From the human T2T-CHM13v2.0 reference genome, Homo sapiens: DNA of 64,000 nt. The notes under the pieces were generated by a model. That model was not told where the DNA came from. It searched no databases and saw only the letters and a program-made list of their open reading frames with translations. Positions within the stretch are counted from its first letter, which is position 1. Every line of letters starts with the position of its first letter. The translations under genes and the position numbers were made by a program. Shown piece after piece: positions 61,192 through 64,000 of the stretch. The stretch lies in the NCBI RefSeq assembly GCF_009914755.1, contig NC_060926.1. One strand, written 5' to 3'.

Positions 61192-61769
61192 TATAAATAT
61201 ATGCAAAATATATATAAGAATATAAAGCTAGATATATTTCTATCCATCTATGTATCTATCATATATCTATCTAATATATCTATCTATATTTTTATTTAAA
61301 AGTTTTCCTGAGGCTAAGAATCACGAGCATTTATTTTTCTAATGACCTTAACTTACCATCTCTTCTTATTTCTAGTGTAAACCAATTTTTCTATATTTCC
61401 AATATACACAATTGAGGTTTTTTTTCAACATTTTTGTGGTCTTTTTTTTCCTTAACCAAGACTTTCCCCCCACCTCCATGGCACGACTGCTCTCCCTAAC
61501 ACTATCAGCATTGATCTTCTTCATGGTTCCTGTTTCATGCAGCATGTACATGCACATACACACATATGCATGAGTTAAGAGAATAATTTTTTTAGAAAAT
61601 GAGTAGAAAAAGTACTGTTACTCTACACTCTTCATATCAACCACCAGCCTCTTTTCTTTGGAAGTCCATACAATCCAGCTGAATCAGCTTTTCAGCTTTT
61701 GGGTCCAGGACTCCATGACATTCCCATACATGCTTCAAGATCTGGCATCAGGCTCATAGTTCACATGCC

Positions 61770-63200
61770 ATATTGAGAACCTGACTTACTTGGGTAGACA
61801 TGGGAGCCATCTATGGGTTTTAAATGTGAGTGTTCCAGTGTCACGTTTGTCTTTTAATTAAAGTCCAGGGGCTGGGTTTAAAACGGATTTGTGGGAGACA
61901 CATCTGGAGTCCAGAGGCCCTTTGGGACACTGTCAGTAATGCTGAAAATATTTGCTGGGGGTTTAAATTAAGGGAATAGTACAGGCCATAAATGAAAAGA
62001 GAAGACAGATGTTTTTAAATGCTTAGTACAATTACTGAGGGTTAGCCATTGGTAGATGTGGAGACTGAGGAAGGCAGAATCAGAAACATTCCCTAAGCTT
62101 CTAGTGTGAGTAAATTGGTAGGCTAAAATGCTCCAATGAAAAGAGAGAATGAGAATATTGCAGTAGCAATAATAGCTATCTTTAATTTAGCACCTTTACA
62201 CTAAGCATTCTTCTACGTGATTTTCACTTTTTTTAAACTTTACCCTCACAATAACCCAAGAAAGCTAAATTCCATTATTTTCATTTTAGAAGAAAAAATT
62301 GGGGTATATGAATGTTGAATGTTTTACATAACGTCACACAGGCGGGAAATGATGGAGCCGAGTTTTATACTCAGGAACTTTAGCTTCAGAACCTGCACTA
62401 GGACTTTTAGTAAGCAGAGTTTATGGGGATATGGAAACAGAATGAGTGGTTTGATGATGAGTTTCATTTTATAAATGCTGGGTTTCAGGTACCTGTTTGA
62501 GATCCCAGAGACTTTAATCAAAGCATTGGGCGTAAGAGTTTAAAACTCTGGATAAACGTACCAATTTGAGAATCATTAACTTAACAGGGGAGCAGTTAAA
62601 AAAATGTTGGAGTGAATTATATCTCCAGAGAACAGTGAAGAGTGAGAATATGTGAGGGCTGAGGATAGAACCCAAAGAACACCATTGAAGACATGGCTAG
62701 AATAAGACAGCCTGTGAGTGAGAAAGGAGCAACAGTCAGGGATGTAGATGCTGGACCAGGAGAATACAGTGGGAAAGTTCCAGAAGGAGGCTGAGTGACT
62801 ATGCAACTGGTAGATCTAGTAAGATAAGCACCAAAAGAAAATTAAAATTAAAAAAAAAACCTATTCACTACTCAATGTGAAAATAAAGGATAACGACCAG
62901 AAATATGGTGGATGTGAGTGAAAGGGTCAAATCCCAGGTGACAATAGGTTTAGAAATGAACGGGAGGAGGCCATGTGGTTAGGCAAATTGAGATCAATTT
63001 TCAAAAAGTTTGGACAAGGAGAGTGGTTAGATAACAGCTAGAAGATGTAGACTCAACAGAGTTGATTTACTTTTATTATTCATCTATGTATTTCTTTAGG
63101 ATGATAGAAATCATATAGGCAATTGCAAAATTGTCTTTCTGAAGAGGGAGAATAAACTAGAATGGTTATGGAAGGAAAATCCCTCAAGAACAGCAGAGGA
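61770..63200 (-). mobile_element. L2 relic with an embedded MIR (~62165-62400)
   Basis: gggagccatctatgggtttt; gggctgaggatagaaccc; MIR core tcacaataacc...cattttagaagaaaaaattgggg. Confidence 0.55.
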
Positions 63201-63774
63201 TCAAGAACCCATGGGGTAAGATAGACTTCTATGTGAACATTACTCTATGTCCACTCCCATTTTTTGTTCTCTCATTCCAATAGCATAAAGCATAAAAAAT
63301 AAATATAAGGGCAATTTCTTCTCATCTTTCTAAGATTAGATCCTACCTATCTGACCATGATTCTATCCCTACCTCAAGAACTTTGATCCTTAACTACTGC
63401 TACCATCCTTCATACTTGAAGTTCGCCCACTCCATTAACACCTTCCTCCTTGTCTTTAAGAATACCCAAGAGATTCTACTTCTTTTCCTCAATACTACAT
63501 CCCCCTCTGATTACCGAACATTTGGGTCCTATCATTCGCTGCCAAGCCTTTAGGAAGACTGATCTATAGGCAAAGACTACATTTCTTTCTTGTTCACACA
63601 CTCTGCAAGCTTTTAGATCCCATTAAACTAGTAAATTATTCTTTCAAAAGTCAATATTGCTCTTCTTATATCCACATCTGTTGAATTGATTCCTTTTCTT
63701 CTTTTGCAACAATTGACTTCCATTTTTCCCCTGCTTCTCCCCCTTCTAATTGTAAATCTATCACTATTTCTAGC

Positions 63775-64000
63775 CGTAATAACATTAACTGGAACTTCCT
63801 GAGTGCTTAAGATGTCCTATAGATTCATTTAAAGACATTACAAATATTAAACATTTAATTTGTTCACTTATATATGAAAGGTACTATTATCAGTCCCATT
63901 TTGTAATTGAGGAAACTGAGATTCTGATTGGTTAACTAACTGACTCAAGGTTACATAACTAGTGAGTGATGTACACAATTTTTTTCTGGGGTCAGGGACA
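63775..64000 (-). mobile_element. MIR
   Basis: gtactattatcagtcccattttgtaattgaggaaactgag...ctcaaggttacataactagtgagtg. Confidence 0.8.

Noticed and set aside
55120-61360. Isolated strong minus-strand donors (AAG|GTAAGA ~55130; ATG|GTAAGT ~61356)
   Set aside because: No convincing paired acceptor; expected by chance.

Overview
AT-rich, repeat-dense hominoid (human/great-ape-like) nuclear DNA, intergenic or deep-intronic. I find no host protein-coding gene, RNA gene or CRISPR array; all long ORFs come from LINE-1, Alu or low-complexity DNA. The main feature is a full-length but disabled L1PA2-like LINE-1 (24293-30317, +) inside an older L1. It has no target-site duplication, and about 1.7 kb of the host L1 is missing at the site. 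Other contents: three 5'-inverted (twin-primed) L1s of different ages with TSDs, about 11 Alus, many MaLR/ERV LTRs, hAT and Tigger DNA-transposon relics, L2/MIR relics and long purine/pyrimidine microsatellites. The least explained structures are a 1.7-kb insert with an internal ~180-bp direct repeat splitting an LTR33-like LTR, a fold-back/palindrome junction at 31394-31483, an extended L1 ORF0 facing a close inverted Alu pair, and weak candidate minus-strand exons. I see no convincing new biological system. Repeat subfamily names are from recalled consensus sequences and need RepeatMasker/Dfam confirmation.
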